Both the position numbers and the translations under genes were made by a program. Shown one piece after another: positions 1 through 13,651 of a stretch of DNA of 64,000 nucleotides (within the stretch, counting starts at the first letter, position 1; each line of letters starts with the position of its first letter). The notes under the pieces are model-generated. The model was not told where the DNA came from and ran no database searches. It was given only the letters and a program-made list of their open reading frames with translations. The stretch comes from Antedon mediterranea (taxonomy: Eukaryota > Animalia > Echinodermata): NCBI RefSeq assembly GCF_964355755.1, contig NC_092671.1, positions 5,208,001 to 5,272,000 on the forward strand, read 5' to 3'.

Positions 1-492
1 TCTGTTAACATTGATATAATATCAGACCAAGTATGTTTGAATGCAAAACAAGTTAAACCGCAAAGTTGACTTTAACTCCAATCGAAAAAAAGAGTGTGTA
101 AACAAAGCAAATTATTTTTGGTGATGAAATAATAGAAATTTTTGAAAAATTTGTTAGGATAGAAATGTACAATGTATGATGTATTGAACATTTTTTGTAG
201 TTTTTAAATTACTTTGTACATAAGTTGCGATGAGAAAATTTAATCATTAGTTGATGTGTGCATTATACAAGTACAACTACAATACCAGACACCTTTGGGC
301 TGGCCAAATATGTCTGGTTTTCCAGAAAGTCTGTTACTGTATTTAGAATGTTTTAATGGTAAAGAGGAAATTGGGATCTTTCAGAAAGTCTGGTTTTGGG
401 AGAGTTTTCTGGTTTTCAGAGAGTCCGGAATTGGGAGAGTTGAACTCTGGGAATTCAGATAAAACTTGCGTAAAAAGTGAAAGATATCGTAC

Positions 493-670
493 CATACATC
501 TTGCCTTCATCAGACAGGATAATTTTCCGCCTTCCACACGGCGGATAAATTGCTAATGCTTCCTGGAAGCTTTGTTCAATCTCCGGACTCCATACTCCTT
601 CCGCATCGTTGCCGGGGTCCTCGTCGGAGAGGTTCCCACTCTGACTGCTTGGGTTCCAACTGTCTGTCAT
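493..670 (-). CDS. TEAD: TEAD/TEF-1/Scalloped transcription factor, first coding exon (start of TEA domain); gene continues beyond window start
   Basis: Translation ...[39 protein letters not shown] is the conserved N-terminal TEA-domain block. Exon 493-695 has an acceptor (T10-CCATAG, AG at 697-696) and a GT donor at 492-491 after ATG TAT G. An in-frame TGA lies 4 codons upstream of ATG 670. Confidence 0.95.
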
Positions 671-825
671 CTTGCTAACTCATACTCCTCTCAGTCTATG
701 GAAAAAAAAATTTAAAAAATAAGATATTGTATTTTTCCATTAGATTTACAGCTATGTAAAACTCGCTTAGCCAGTTTCACCGACCTTTGTCCAGAATAAT
801 AAGTTACATGAGAGGTAACTTAAGT

Positions 826-1050
826 TTTCTGGGCTTTTCATATTGGACATTTTGTGATCAGCTAGTACCAGTTAATTTCTTCTGTGATTGAGACTACAGT
901 TTAATTTTTGTATTCATTGATAAGTATTAAATATCTATCTGGGCTTTTCATACTGGACTTTTTGTGATCTATCTGTGAATTTTTGCTGTGATTGGGAAAT
1001 AATAGTATTAGTAAATAATTTTTGTAGTCAATTATAAGTATCAAATATCC
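826..1050. repeat. Diverged ~110-bp local tandem duplication
   Basis: tctgggcttttcata(t/c)tggac...tttgtgatc...taagtat(t/c)aaatatc occurs twice (~826 and ~938). Confidence 0.6.
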
Positions 1051-2459
1051 ATAATATTTAGATACAATAATTCAACATTTTCCATGATAATTACGGCATT
1101 CACTAAGAAATTATTGTCAATAAGTTTCAGTATTATACAATTCTACAACTATAAGAAACTATGTAAAATAGAAAGTCTCCCAACCTATATTCCCAAAATG
1201 TGTTTTTTATTTCTTAATACATTTTGAAAAAAACAAACTTTCTATAAAAATCGATTTAAAAAAAAAGTTTAATTGCATCCGAATTTCTGCTACTCTGTCA
1301 ATGGATTTCGGACCTTTTGGACAACTACAGTTTTTTTTTCTGTGTTAATGGGAGTTAAATCTTTATTGAAACACAAAGATTAAAACCACAGCAAAATGAT
1401 CAAATCCGCTTTTTACTGTACTGGGGCTTACGGTTTTAATTCTATGTGATCTTATGATAACTGTACAGCATTGTTATAGCTAAAACACTGCAGAGTTGTA
1501 TGCACCATTCTCTGTGATCCCTGTGGAGTTCAAAGGTTATATAAAGGTTCATAACAGCTGACAGCTGATCTAATCAATCCTGCTAAAAATATCAAGTTAA
1601 ATATGTAACCAATCTACAGACAAAAAGTCATTTTTTTCCTAAATTACTAATTGAATTACGTCATACAATTCTAAGCTTTAACAAATCTGGTGGTATATAA
1701 TCAGGAGAGACCAAAAACGATGGTTTGGCGAAGTTAAGCAATTCCCCTTGTGGTCCAAGTGGTCTTGGACAATTGGAGGGAGACGTGTATAGTGTAAGAG
1801 TTTTTTTTAACGCCAGACAAATGTGATTCATATTTATTTCAGTCAAAGTTTTCAGTCAAGAACAACCTTTTCATTCAGAATCTTTACTTTATTTCTTAAC
1901 TTTAATATTACTTTTCACACCTTATCGTTGTATCACTATAATTACAACACCTCCTCATTCGATGTCTTTAAAATTCTATGCATTTTTTAATATACTAATT
2001 GGGGTAAGGTTAATTTAGCTTTATTGTATAATCTTCTCTTCAAAATAAATGTGAAACTATTGTACATAATGTACTAACAAGTCGAGTATTTACTAACAAA
2101 TAGGTCTGCTTTATAACAGATCATTAAGAACCTCATAGTACTGTTATGTATAATAAATACTGATAAAGATAATACATATGGATTCCCATAGGAGAGGTTA
2201 TGCATGTAGTTGTGAATAGTCAATTCATGAGACAATATAAGACTGGAGTCTTTCGTAACACGGGAATACACGAAGGGGCTGTTTTTAACATCTGTTTGCT
2301 TTACAATAACAAATACAATTAAAATTGACTAGAATATTACACATCTTAATGTGATTGCCGTGAAGTGGAAAGTACACGCAAATGTTAAAAACTACACTAA
2401 AATACAATAAAAATTGTCAATAAACAAACACATTGTTGTCAGCATTTATTCTGTATGTC

Positions 2460-3530
2460 AATGAACATGTTGATGTCACTAAGCCTGTTGACACTAAACA
2501 AGATGAAAATAAACATGTTGACATTAAACATGTTGATGATACTAAACATGTTAACACTAAAAATGTTGATAAAAATAAGCATGTTGATGATACTACAGTA
2601 AGCATGTTGATAAAAATAAACATGTTGATAAAAATAAACATGTTGACAAAAATAAACATGTTGACAAAAATAAACATGTTGACAAAAATAAACATGTTGA
2701 CAAAAATAAACATGTTGACAAAAATAAACATGTTGACAAAAATAAACATGTTGACAAAAATAAACATGTTGACAAAAATAAACATGTTGACAAAAATAAA
2801 CATGTTGACAAAAATAAACATGTTGACAAAAATAAACATGTTGACAAAAATAAACATGTTGACAAAAATAAACATGTTGACAAAAATAAACATGTTGACA
2901 AAAATAAACATGTTGACAAAAATAAACATGTTGACAAAAATAAACATGTTGACAAAAATAAACATGTTGACAAAAATAAACATGTTGACAAAAATAAACA
3001 TGTTGACAAAAATAAACATGTTGACGCTACTAAACATGTTGACGCTACTAAACATGTTGACGCTACTAAACATGTTGACGCTACTAAACATGTTGACGCT
3101 ACTAAACATGTTGACGCTACTAAACATGTTGACGCTACTAAACATGTTGACGCTACTAAACATGTTGACGCTACTAAACATGTTGACGCTACTAAACATG
3201 TTGACGCTACTAAACATGTTGACGCTACTAAACATGTTGACGCTACTAAACATGTTGACGCTACTAAACATGTTGACGCTACTTAACATGTTGACGCTAC
3301 TTAACATGTTGACGATACTAAACATGTTGACGATACTAAACATGTTGACGATACTAAACATGTTGACGATATTAAACATGTTGACAATACTAAACATGTT
3401 GACGATACTAAACATGTTGATGCTACTAAACAAGTTGACGATAGTAAACATGTTAACGATACTAAACATGTTGATGCCACTAAACATGTTGACGATACTA
3501 AACATGCTATGATACCAAACATGTTTATGT
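2460..3530. repeat. 18-bp minisatellite (AAACATGTTGAC + 6-bp variable part), roughly 58 units
   Basis: Homogeneous blocks aaacatgttgacaaaaat (~2640-3020) and aaacatgttgacgctact (~3024-3310), then gatact variants, with degenerate edges. Confidence 0.97.
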
Positions 3531-6500
3531 CACTTAGATATTGACACTTGATCTGCATATTTCCTAACATAGTAGTAAAATGTATATGTACTGTAATTAA
3601 TGTACTTTGCTTGGGAAAAGAAAGAAATAATCAAAATTGGTAGTTTGCTCTACTAAAATATATGATATACTTGGAATGAATGATTGTTTGGTATTTACTT
3701 ATTAATAATAGGTTATATCTAGCCTTGACCAACAATACAGAAGATAACCTCTATCTATCCCATCAGAATTCATCAGCCTAAAAGCATAAATGAAAAATAC
3801 CATCTTTTTAATAATAAAAAATCGATAAAAAGAATATGAAACTGTTATTAATATATCATCTGAACATACTTAGAATAATTGGAATACCATAAACTCCAAG
3901 AATTGTGAAACTTTTTAATTATTGTAATTTAGTCTTTATTTTAAAATATTGTTGTTAAAGGATAAAATGGGGAAAGGCTTCTCCATTTTGGTTTAATCTG
4001 GTACTCTAGTCCAGTGTTGTATAGTTTTTATCCATCTTTTCATTGTTCAGAGCTATGAATGCTGTGTATGATATAAAATGTAAAACAGAATAAAGGTATT
4101 AAACATAGTAGCAGTTTTTGTCAAATGCATTTAGGATTTTCTGTGGTTTGAAAAGGTTTGGTAAGATTACCCTTCCTTCCTTTTTAAAGCACTGTGCCCT
4201 ACTGTACTTGACTAAATAACTTCTTCTAATCTAGCCATTCTAAATAACAATTTTAATTTTCCTGGAAATGGACATTAACAATTGTTAAGGAATAAATGTT
4301 TTATCGTATAAAGAAGTCTCAAAATAATTAACAAACTTTCACATTGTTATCAGTGTGGAAAACTTATAACAGAAACTTATAATCGAAGTAAAGACAAACT
4401 AGATCGACGAAGACAAGCAAGTATACATGCATTAAAAATTATTTTCGGTATAATGGATATTTCCATAATTATTTAGGACAATCAAAATTGTCTCATTAGA
4501 TGATGTCATTTCCATTTTACACAGCTGTCTCTTGAATAATTACTTTAAATAAATTATAAAGAATGTAGGGTGGATACATATTCACTGCATTGCAAACTGA
4601 TTTAATTCATTTTACTGATAAACAGTAATTGGTCTATTTTAAAGATAAATGGAATTTATAATCTAAGGTTCTGTTCACACTGAAGAAACTGAGAAATCTG
4701 TACATTCATTGTAAGTATACAATGTGCCTTGCAATGCTGAACTATATGAGTGGAAACTGTTTAATATACAAATTTGTTGTAAGATGTTGATGTAATTCAC
4801 CAAGTATCCAATCACAATGTTTTTGATGACACGAAGATGATACATCCAATAACAAAACTTGCTGTGTGTCTGAACACCATTTCCACTCTATTGCCATTGG
4901 TGCGAACACAGTCTTAACTTGAATACATTTACTATTCAGTATGCGTGTAAATCACTCTTTTCCAATTTGATACTAAAAACTTATTGCAGAATCTCAATTT
5001 TAGATTTGACGGTATTGGTGATAAGATAATCTGGTTTTATACAGTATTATTAGGTATACAGTACGGAGTAAAGTTTTACTACTCATATACCTTGCCAAGT
5101 AATTTAAAAGCGGTGCCAAGATGGTTTTTCACTTTCTTTCAACATTATGTCTACCATCAATAATTAATAGAACAACAAAAATAGTTGTTTAATATTAAAT
5201 AGTCATAAAATAAAAGTTCATTAACTTTTATATGTGTGGTACGCCAAATGACTAAGCAATATTTGAAAAAACTTTATTGGAAAATTAAAATTTTAAAATT
5301 TATTCACGAAAATATAGAAAAACAACTACTGTTTTATTCCATTCTGGGTTGTTTTATTTTTTTTCAAATCTAATTGTAGTTTTTTTTATATTTATTTTTT
5401 TTTATATTAAATTGTAGTTTTTTAATGTGGACTTTTATTTATTTCTTTAATGTTTAAAGTTATTATCTTGCTTCTGTTTTACATTGTTTGTCCCATTGTT
5501 ATATTCACTTATGAATTTGTTTATAATAAATAATGATAGAATAAGTATGCTTTTTGACTTCTTATTCTTATTATTACGCCATAGGTACTTGATTATTGTA
5601 GTTCAATATCAGCTTAAGCAATGACACAACAGCAGCACCACTAAAGCTATCCCCGTAATAGGGGTTCTGCTGTATTCATTTAAATACCCTATATTTTACA
5701 GAGTAATCATTAACCAAAGTCAATCTTTAACATCCATTATTTTAAAATATGTACTTTTCGATTACAAATAAATTTTTGTAGAATAATTGCCGGAAAAGCT
5801 AATTAATAACTCAACACTTAATTAAGCTAATCACACTTCAAATGGAGTAGTAATAATAATTTATGTTTCAATTGTACAAATTAATTACTTCCGCACACAT
5901 TAATAAATGTAAAAATCACCCCAAAAATGAAAAGAAAATTTAGCAATAAAGAACATGTGTGTCAACTTTAAGTGTTATGCTAGTTTGACAATTTTTTTGA
6001 TTTTTTTTTGGGGGGGGGGGGGGGGAGTGGCAAATGTTCCTAATCCAAGTTCAATCCTTAACTTTTAAATGCACTGATACTTTTTGACCTATTTTTTACA
6101 GCCTATTACTATGTTAGCACTCCTCTGTTTTAAAAATCCTGGATTTTCCCTTGCTATGTCTGAGGAGCCAACAACATTAATAAAGTAATTTTACATTTAA
6201 ACCACATACAGTAATCGTATCCTACATATAGTTTTAAAAATATTTTAGAAAAGCATGAGGGGTGCAAGGTGGGCTTGCAACCCGCGAATATAAGAATATC
6301 ACGCCTTATACACGAAGCTTGGCATGATGGTAAATTAAAATAAACAGAATAATCTTTGTTTACTGTATAACAATACCTTCTGACATAACAAGTGACCCAT
6401 TTTGTAAATCCTTTTGTATATACAATGAGTCATACTAGCTTTATAGTGTGGCATCCTTACAATGTACAGTATGTGCTGCTTTGTGCAGTACTGTGTAATG

Positions 6501-7590
6501 TAGATGGTCAGTTTGACAACTCAACAAGTTTGTATAGGAAGCAATATATTATACAAATATTGTCATTTATCATTAAATACGGAAACAATGGTTAAATATT
6601 AAGGAAATCAATGTGAAGTGTAGCATTTACTAAATTAGATTATTTAAGGGCAACCAGAGGGGCAGATTCAGTTTATAGAAACAAAGGGGCACAACTATAA
6701 GGTAAAAACACATGCCCATTGTGGCTTGCCTGAATTCACTCATGCATGGAATATTTATTCAGAAGATTCAATAAAAAATAATATTTTGTTTGACTTCTTT
6801 GAATATTATTATATAATTAATGATCAATTAATCCTGTAATACAAACCTACAGAAACTTCTTAAGCCCACATTCAGTACAAGAAAACTATTTAGCTAATCT
6901 TAATTAAGTTTTAATTAGAATCAATCTTAGTACTTGCTTGGTATCGAAGACCATAGAAAAGTGATCTTGGAGGGAGCTCTTATTGTTTGAGTTCATACCT
7001 TTTTAGAATAACCAATACATATTTTATTATGATACTCCAATATGGTCTAAATTGAGCTCAAAAGTTTACTAGGTTAAATGGTCAATATCATTATTTTATA
7101 TTGGTCAGCAAAGAGGTCAGTGAAAACCTTTATAAATTATTGCAGGGTAAATTTTTATGAATTTGATGAAATACCAATTGGTAAAAAAGAAAAAATAACT
7201 ACATTTTTAAAATTTTTAATTATAAGAAGATTATTTCTAATTAGCTTCTTGTTCAATTTAATATACATTCTCACTTTCAGTTCACTGTCATCTTTGAACT
7301 ATTGCGATAAATTACTAAAAATATGAGGTTTTGTTTACATGAAGAGCATGTATCGGAGCACACTACACTACCTTGCCAACCAATAGCATTAAAAGGTGCA
7401 AAATTCTGCTATTCAGACCGTCTTATCTGGTTTTAATTGAGTTTACCTGAAAAATGAAAACTCTGTTGTTACCAATGAAAAATAAACCAATAAAGGATCT
7501 TTTATTATTTGTGTATGAAGTTAATGGCAAGTACAGAGTGAAAAGAAAATGTGTTTCTCAGATAAAATACATTTTTACTGTCACAAAGCT

Positions 7591-7731
7591 AAAGCTCTGT
7601 CTACACTCTCAAACTTTATGTGACAAAAACATGTGATGTGCCCATATATAGACATGATGTCATATCACTACCATATTTGGACACATTACAATTTTGTTGT
7701 CAATCTAGTTTGAAAGTGTAGACCGAGCTTT
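7591..7731. mobile_element. ~140-bp palindromic MITE (AGCTCTGTCTACACT TIR family)
   Basis: aaagctctgtctacactctcaaact ... agtttgaaagtgtagaccgagcttt. Related copies at ~49450, ~58100 and ~58491. Confidence 0.8.
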
Positions 7732-9609
7732 AGGTAGTGTTTTGTTGATTTCAATAATCATGGCTTTAATTAGGATTTGTACCTAGAATATTAGGCAAAA
7801 AAAACAAGGTACAATACCACTATAGATAAAAATAAGCAAAATTTTGAAATAAATTTTTGTTGTATTTGAAATCCTTCCAATTTTATTATGTTATATCAAA
7901 ATTACTTATAATTAAAAACAAACAAAGTTTTGCTTTAAATTTTAAGGGACAGACTGTCGCTTTATGTTTTATGATAATGCATTTTGGTACAAATTTAACA
8001 AAACTGACTTGTCATTCTGAATAATGTAATGTTTCAAAATGTATCACACAAGTTTCAAACGGATAACATCAAGTTACAAAAAAAAAAAAAAAATGTCAGA
8101 AAATTGATATATAAAAAACAGTGCTAATTTCACCAGGGAGGGGTCAGAAATGCGTCTTATTAACAAGGGGACGATCTCTTCCCCTGCCTGTAAGTTGAGA
8201 AGCATTTTGTGATTCGGCTTGGGTCAGTAAATTGACAGGGACGTTGGGGGCACATCCCGTTCTGTCCCGGAGGATCGTATTTTGTTAAATCTAAATGTCA
8301 TTTGTAAAATTAAATTGACACCGACGAAATTCTGAACATGTTTTTCATCGGCCACACTCTGATAACATTCTTTGTGGGAGGGGGGAAAAGGTAAATCTAT
8401 GACATAAACAATTGCGATGAACCGGCACACAGTTGTAGGTCACTGGCAAATTGGACGACTTCCTGTATAGGGGGATTTTTCGTTGAAGCGATTTTGATAC
8501 ATATTTCTAATGAGAACGTCCAGTGTTGGCAAAGTCAAATTCAATAAAGTCGCAAAATGTGTATAAACTCCCAATAGTACGCTGATCCGTCTTCTTAATC
8601 GACCATTTGTGATTTCATTTTCAAATAGAAAGTAGAGGTATATTATAAATGAATTTAAATCCTGGTTAAGAAAATCAGTAGATACTTTTTGTGAACTCTA
8701 TAATCTATTTGACATGTTCTGTCACTGTATTGTAAAACTACAATATAACAAACATTTTCTAATGAATTCTTTGAAGGCAACTTTCAAAACATTGCATATT
8801 ACATTTTTAAATGTTATAGCTTGTAAAACAATTAAGGCTTTGGTGGTTGTAGGTGTATGCAGTAGGCGTACCAGTGGCATAACGCAGAGGCGTGGTATTG
8901 GAACGTTACATGGCCCTCTAATGGTGGAGGCCACAGCCATTTTTGACATATGAGACCCGGCATGGCATAATCGGCGACAAGTCGCGATACCTAATATCAA
9001 GCAAATTACGTTAACAGTACAAAATAGGTCACATGGTCAAAAAAAATGTTTTGCTAAAAATCACATCTTTTAATATCTATCTAATATCTCACAAAGTTTT
9101 AATTGTTAAAAACATGTGTAAAGTCATTATTTAGTAGAAATAAAATCATTCATCAAACACAAAATTGTTATTTTCATTGAAAAAAAATCAACAAACACGC
9201 CATATTTTACGATAACATTGTCAACGAACCCGAGTACCCACATCGTCGTGTTCGGTATCTATCGAAAGGTTAAAATGTGACCTTTTCATTGCGAACAAAA
9301 AATAATTATTTTCAATATCATCCAACCAATCAGAGGAACTGTTAAACAGTCCTGTTAAAGATTTCTTGTTACTATACAAGGGACGCGATCGGTCTAATAC
9401 GGTTTGTCATTGGTCAGATTCAATCATGTGGTCATAGAATGCCAACTGCGCATGTGCATGATGGCAATCATTTCCCTCGATGTCTCTATCGCACGCTTAA
9501 ACAATTTTAATAGTATACGTTATTTGACTACATTTTCACTGTTTTATCTACTGTTTTTTTACAAATTGCTTATTAACAGGCTAGGCCTGGTATAGTTTAA
9601 AGTTTTATC

Positions 9610-10253
9610 ATGCCATTTTCTACTGAAGAAGTGGTTGAAGCGCTAAATGATGCCCGTTTTCTAGGACTTGATGCTACCGACAGAGCGACAATTGGTGACA
9701 TGGCTACCGAATTTTTTAGCAACAGGCTAGAGGAAGATAGTGAGGAGGACAGTAGTGAGTCTGAGGAGGAGCTTGATTTTGGTATTCCTGAAGCGGAAGA
9801 AAAATCTGAAATTGAAGATGTGGACATGAGTGAGGGGGAGGAAGATGGGCCCATGCCTGCTGTTGTTGTCGACCCTGGCCTAGACATCGTAAACGGTTTG
9901 TTGAACCAGGGAGGGATGGAAGATTGGGCAGGCCCAGCTAATGAAGACGAACGTACTGCTATACAAACATTTAGACGCTGTCGTTGCCCCAGAAATCGAG
10001 ACCAAGCTAACCCGAACCCATGCCTCAATCAATTCGAAGAAGAGTATGTCTTAAACCTCAGGGCACAAATGCAAGAACTTTCAGCCGTAGAAAGAAAAAT
10101 GTTTCTAATGGGGAAAATAAGTGCCACAATAAAAAATACGGCACAGACACAGAAGTCAAGAAGGTCGGTACAAAGCGAAAGACAAAAATCCCGCATAACC
10201 TATTTGGTTGAAGGCCAGAAAGTTTGCCGACAATCTTTTGAATACATGCATTC
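9610..10253 (+). CDS. Sola1-type transposase exon 1 (acidic N-terminus, Cys motifs, ...VCRQSF)
   Basis: ORF from ATG 9610; donor TC|gtaagt at 10254. Confidence 0.85.
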
Positions 10254-10380
10254 GTAAGTATTTTTTTAAATTAATTTTTTGTCAAAGCAAACTAAACAAT
10301 CAAACATTCATTAACCGAACTTAGCATAAAAATAATTATGATTTTGATATTTAATTTCTCTGTACATTTATATTTTTTAG

Positions 10381-10688
10381 CATATCCAATTGTCAACTTC
10401 AGGGAATTATCTCCCATTACAAGACTACAGGCGTCACACCACCGCTAAAAAAGTCTGGGGGTCGACGATTTAGCAAAACAGCGCTTTCTGAAACTGATGT
10501 CCGCCATGTTGTGGGGTACATAAGTAACTATGCAGTATTCAACGGAATGGTTATACCAGGCAGAGTGAGAGGTGTTAAGTGCCAGGATCCGAGAGTGCGG
10601 CTCCTGCCGTCGTGTGAAACCAAGTCAGGTGTGTGGCGGAAACACAAGGCTCAGCTGATGGATGTTAATGAAAGGCGAATTACAGCAG
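10381..10688 (+). CDS. Sola1-type transposase exon 2
   Basis: Acceptor tttttag at 10380; frame-consistent with exon 1 and with ORF 10511 (YAVFNGMVIPGR...LLPS); donor G|gtaatg at 10689. Confidence 0.82.
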
Positions 10689-10813
10689 GTAATGAACAGA
10701 AATAAGCTACTGTAGTTTGCCTTAAATGTTTCTATTCTAAAATTGTGTTGCATTTCAGCTTGATTAATAATTAATAGTATTAATAATACAAATTGGTGCA
10801 TTTTTTCTTAAAG

Positions 10814-11723
10814 GTCACAGTGAGATCAGAATCATCAAACGGACAACGTTCTCCAAGGTTTGGAGGCAATTCTGCCCATTCATCCTGACAACAAAGCCAC
10901 GGAGTGATCTATGCTGGGTATGTCAGAAGAACAACAGTGCTGTCTACCGCTCAGCAAATCAAACAGAAGCACAGAAAAATGCACAGTTAGAAGCGCAATT
11001 GGAACACCTACGTGTGGTTCACCTTGAAAGGGATTTGTTGAGATCGATGATTGCGGATGCAAAGGCAGTCATTACAGATGAAAGACTAGGACCAAACGCA
11101 CCATGTTCGCGAAAGATTACGATGCACTATTCGTTTGACTTTGCGCAACAAGTAAGCTACCCCTCGGACCCCTTGCAACCAGGCCCAACTTACTTTATTT
11201 GCACCCGCAAATTGGGCATTTTTGGAATAGCCTGCGAGGCAGTTCCTCAACAGCAAAACTTTTTAATTGATGAAGGTGTAGCCATTTCCAAAGGATCTAA
11301 TGTTGTAATTTCCTATGTTCATGATTTTTTCTTGGATGGTGGATTGGGAGAGGAACATTGTCTGCTACACTGCGACAATTGTAGCGGACAAAACAAGAAC
11401 AAGTATGTTTTATGGTACTTGGCATGGCGAACAATGCATGGCTTGCACAAGTCAATCGGATTAAATTTCCTCATCGCAGGGCATACTAAGTTTGCTCCAG
11501 ACCAGGGGTTTGGTTTACTGAAGCAACGTTTCAAGAAGTGCATGGTTAGTTGCTTAGATGACATGAAGAAGGTCGTGGAAACATCATCTCACTCTGGGTA
11601 CAACAAAGCCAAGATAGTTGGAGCAGAAGATGGTACGATGCATGTCCCTGCATACAATTGGCAGACGTTCCTGGAACCATTTTTCAAGCCACTACCGCAA
11701 ATCAAGTCTCTTCATCACATGAG
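10814..11723 (+). CDS. Sola1-type transposase exon 3 (catalytic core)
   Basis: FSKVWRQFCPFI..PRSDLCWVC, HYSFDFAQQ, HCDNCSGQNKN, GHTKFAPDQGFG give three candidate catalytic Asp residues. Acceptor cttaaag at 10813, donor AG|gttcgt at 11724. Confidence 0.9.
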
Positions 11724-11879
11724 GTTCGTTTTTTATTCTATTACTTAACATTCTGTAACCCACAGCTCTATATTTATGTGATCTTTTAAAAATTATTTGG
11801 ATTCATTTAATTCACAGCTTGTTGCATTATTACTATTTTCTCTGTTTATTTACAAAAAAATCGTCTCTTTTTTATACAG

Positions 11880-12147
11880 ATTTTGCTGTGATAATCCAGG
11901 AATGGTATTCTACAAGAAATATTCAGACAGTCCTGAACAATCTTTCCAGCTCCTTCGGAATCTGGACGTTCTCCCGCCAGTTGAGCTGCCTACGCCTATA
12001 GTGCCTCCTGGCTTGACGTACGAACGACAGCTGTATCTGCACAATTCAGTCCGTGAGTTTTGTACAGAGGAAACACAAGACATTGTGTGCCCAAGACCAG
12101 TCCGTGAAGACGAAGAGCCACCTAGACGCCGTCAGAGAGTCCGTTAA
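11880..12147 (+). CDS. Sola1-type transposase exon 4 (PGLTYERQLYL..VREFC, basic NLS-like tail)
   Basis: Acceptor tttatacag at 11879; in frame to TAA 12147; AATAAA cluster at ~12226-12245. Spliced total 2130 nt = 709 aa. Confidence 0.85.
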
Positions 12148-12776
12148 ATAATTAATCAAAAAAAAATTGTATTCATTAAATACTGTACAATGCATATAAT
12201 TTAACAATATACTAGTTGCATTGAAATAAATAATAAATAAATAAACCAGGAGTTCTTATAGACTAATAAAATAAGATAAAACATTAGTGTAATGAACATG
12301 CATAAATTCTAAAAAAACAGGTGCGTTGTTATTGGTTATATCTATTGAATCTGTGTAAATAAAGTTTTGAAATTTTGTCAGAATACTTGTCTATGTGTAT
12401 TTTATAAGTGTGCCAAGTTTGGTGGTTGTTTGACCTTAGGAACCTAGCTGTTGCTATGGAGATTTGACAGTGGTATGTGTAGGAGGAGTGATTTTTTGTA
12501 TGATTAACCTTGAGAGCGTATTTCTTGAAAAGTCACTTCCTGTTGATTGGGTATCCATGTCTTGAACTCCTCTTATAGAAAATGTTTAGAGCATAGTTAT
12601 ATATCATGTTATACATCATTTTAAAGCTTAATATATGTACATTATGAATACACTAATAACTCAGTTTTTATAAATGTCAACTTATCTCTGATTTTGCCAT
12701 GCCGGGTCTCATATTTAAAGGCCTTTTTATACCTTCAGGCCCTGCTCAGGGGCCCTGGGCTTAGAGAGCACTCATA

Positions 12777-13651
12777 GGCCCCGTTTCTGCTGCCAAAAAT
12801 ATACCGTATATATACGGTATATTTTATATACGGTATATTTTTTGGCAGCAGAAATGGGTCTCATAAAAAATATACCGTATATATATGCGGTATATATACC
12901 GTATAAATATCCCCATCGTTTGTGGATATTATACGGTATATTCCAAAATATACCGTATATTTCGTACCCCATTTCTGCTGCACTCAAAATATACCGTAAA
13001 TGTGACCCGACTCGTGACACGAGGTCAAAAACTAACAGAGCGCGACGCGTTTGTTTTGGTTTTTCTGCTGCATTGAAAGTTGAAACACACGTGTAAAAGC
13101 AAGCAACAGATCAAAATGTCACTGTGGACCGAACAAATCACTATTTTTGCAATTCAATTGTGGGGGGAAGCGAAGGTTGGGGGGGAGACTGCATGGCAAC
13201 AGAAGAGATACCGAGATTTTAATTACAATAAATCGAATGTTCTTACACGACAACAACGTGATGTAAAATCATGGTAAAATACTGTAATAGAAAATGGAAA
13301 TTAAAACGGCAATATAGGATAATATAGCATAATATAAACTCAATTTGAATAACAGAGTTTATTTATAGTGACATTTCTAGATTGTGCTTGTATGTGCGGT
13401 GTAAATTCGTTGCCACTTCTGCTCATTAGATTTAAAATAGAAAGCAATGCTGTCATGTAACCTCACTACACGAGACTCTAGGTCAATCCATACTTCCGTC
13501 TCACGAAATGCATTTTGGGTAATGAAAGCCAACTTTTTTACAACCCACCCACGAAGTATGTGCAGCGGAAACGGTGCACGAATTTCATATACGGTATATT
13601 TATACGGTATATTTATACGGTATATTTTGGGTTGGCAGCAGAAACGGGCCC
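12777..13651 (+). mobile_element. Non-autonomous PIF/Harbinger-type element with Myb/SANT-like ORF remnant
   Basis: TIR gg(c/g)cccgtttctgctgccaa, 3-bp TSD ATA/ATA, subterminal ataccgtat repeats, remnant MSLWTEQITIFAIQLWGE at ~13116-13170. Confidence 0.8.

Larger units (their letters stand above)
8952..12710 (+). mobile_element. Sola-superfamily (Sola1-like) DNA transposon, full length, putatively autonomous
   Basis: Left TIR gagacccggcatggcataatcggcgacaagt vs right (rc) gagacccggcatggcaaaatcagagataagt. 4-bp TSD ATAT at 8948-8951 and 12711-12714. Internal 4-exon transposase. Confidence 0.9.

Noticed and set aside
2460-3530. CRISPR-like array (palindromic repeat with variable spacer)
   Set aside because: Spacers are 6 bp and repeated in blocks, the context is eukaryotic and there are no cas genes.
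2417-3570. Long ORFs of 359-362 aa on both strands
   Set aside because: They are translations of the stop-free 18-bp minisatellite, with no protein-like complexity.
8100-8700. Possible decayed hAT transposase fragment on the minus strand (PTLDVLI...NRF)
   Set aside because: Only one weak motif, multiple frameshifts and no termini; cannot be supported without a search.
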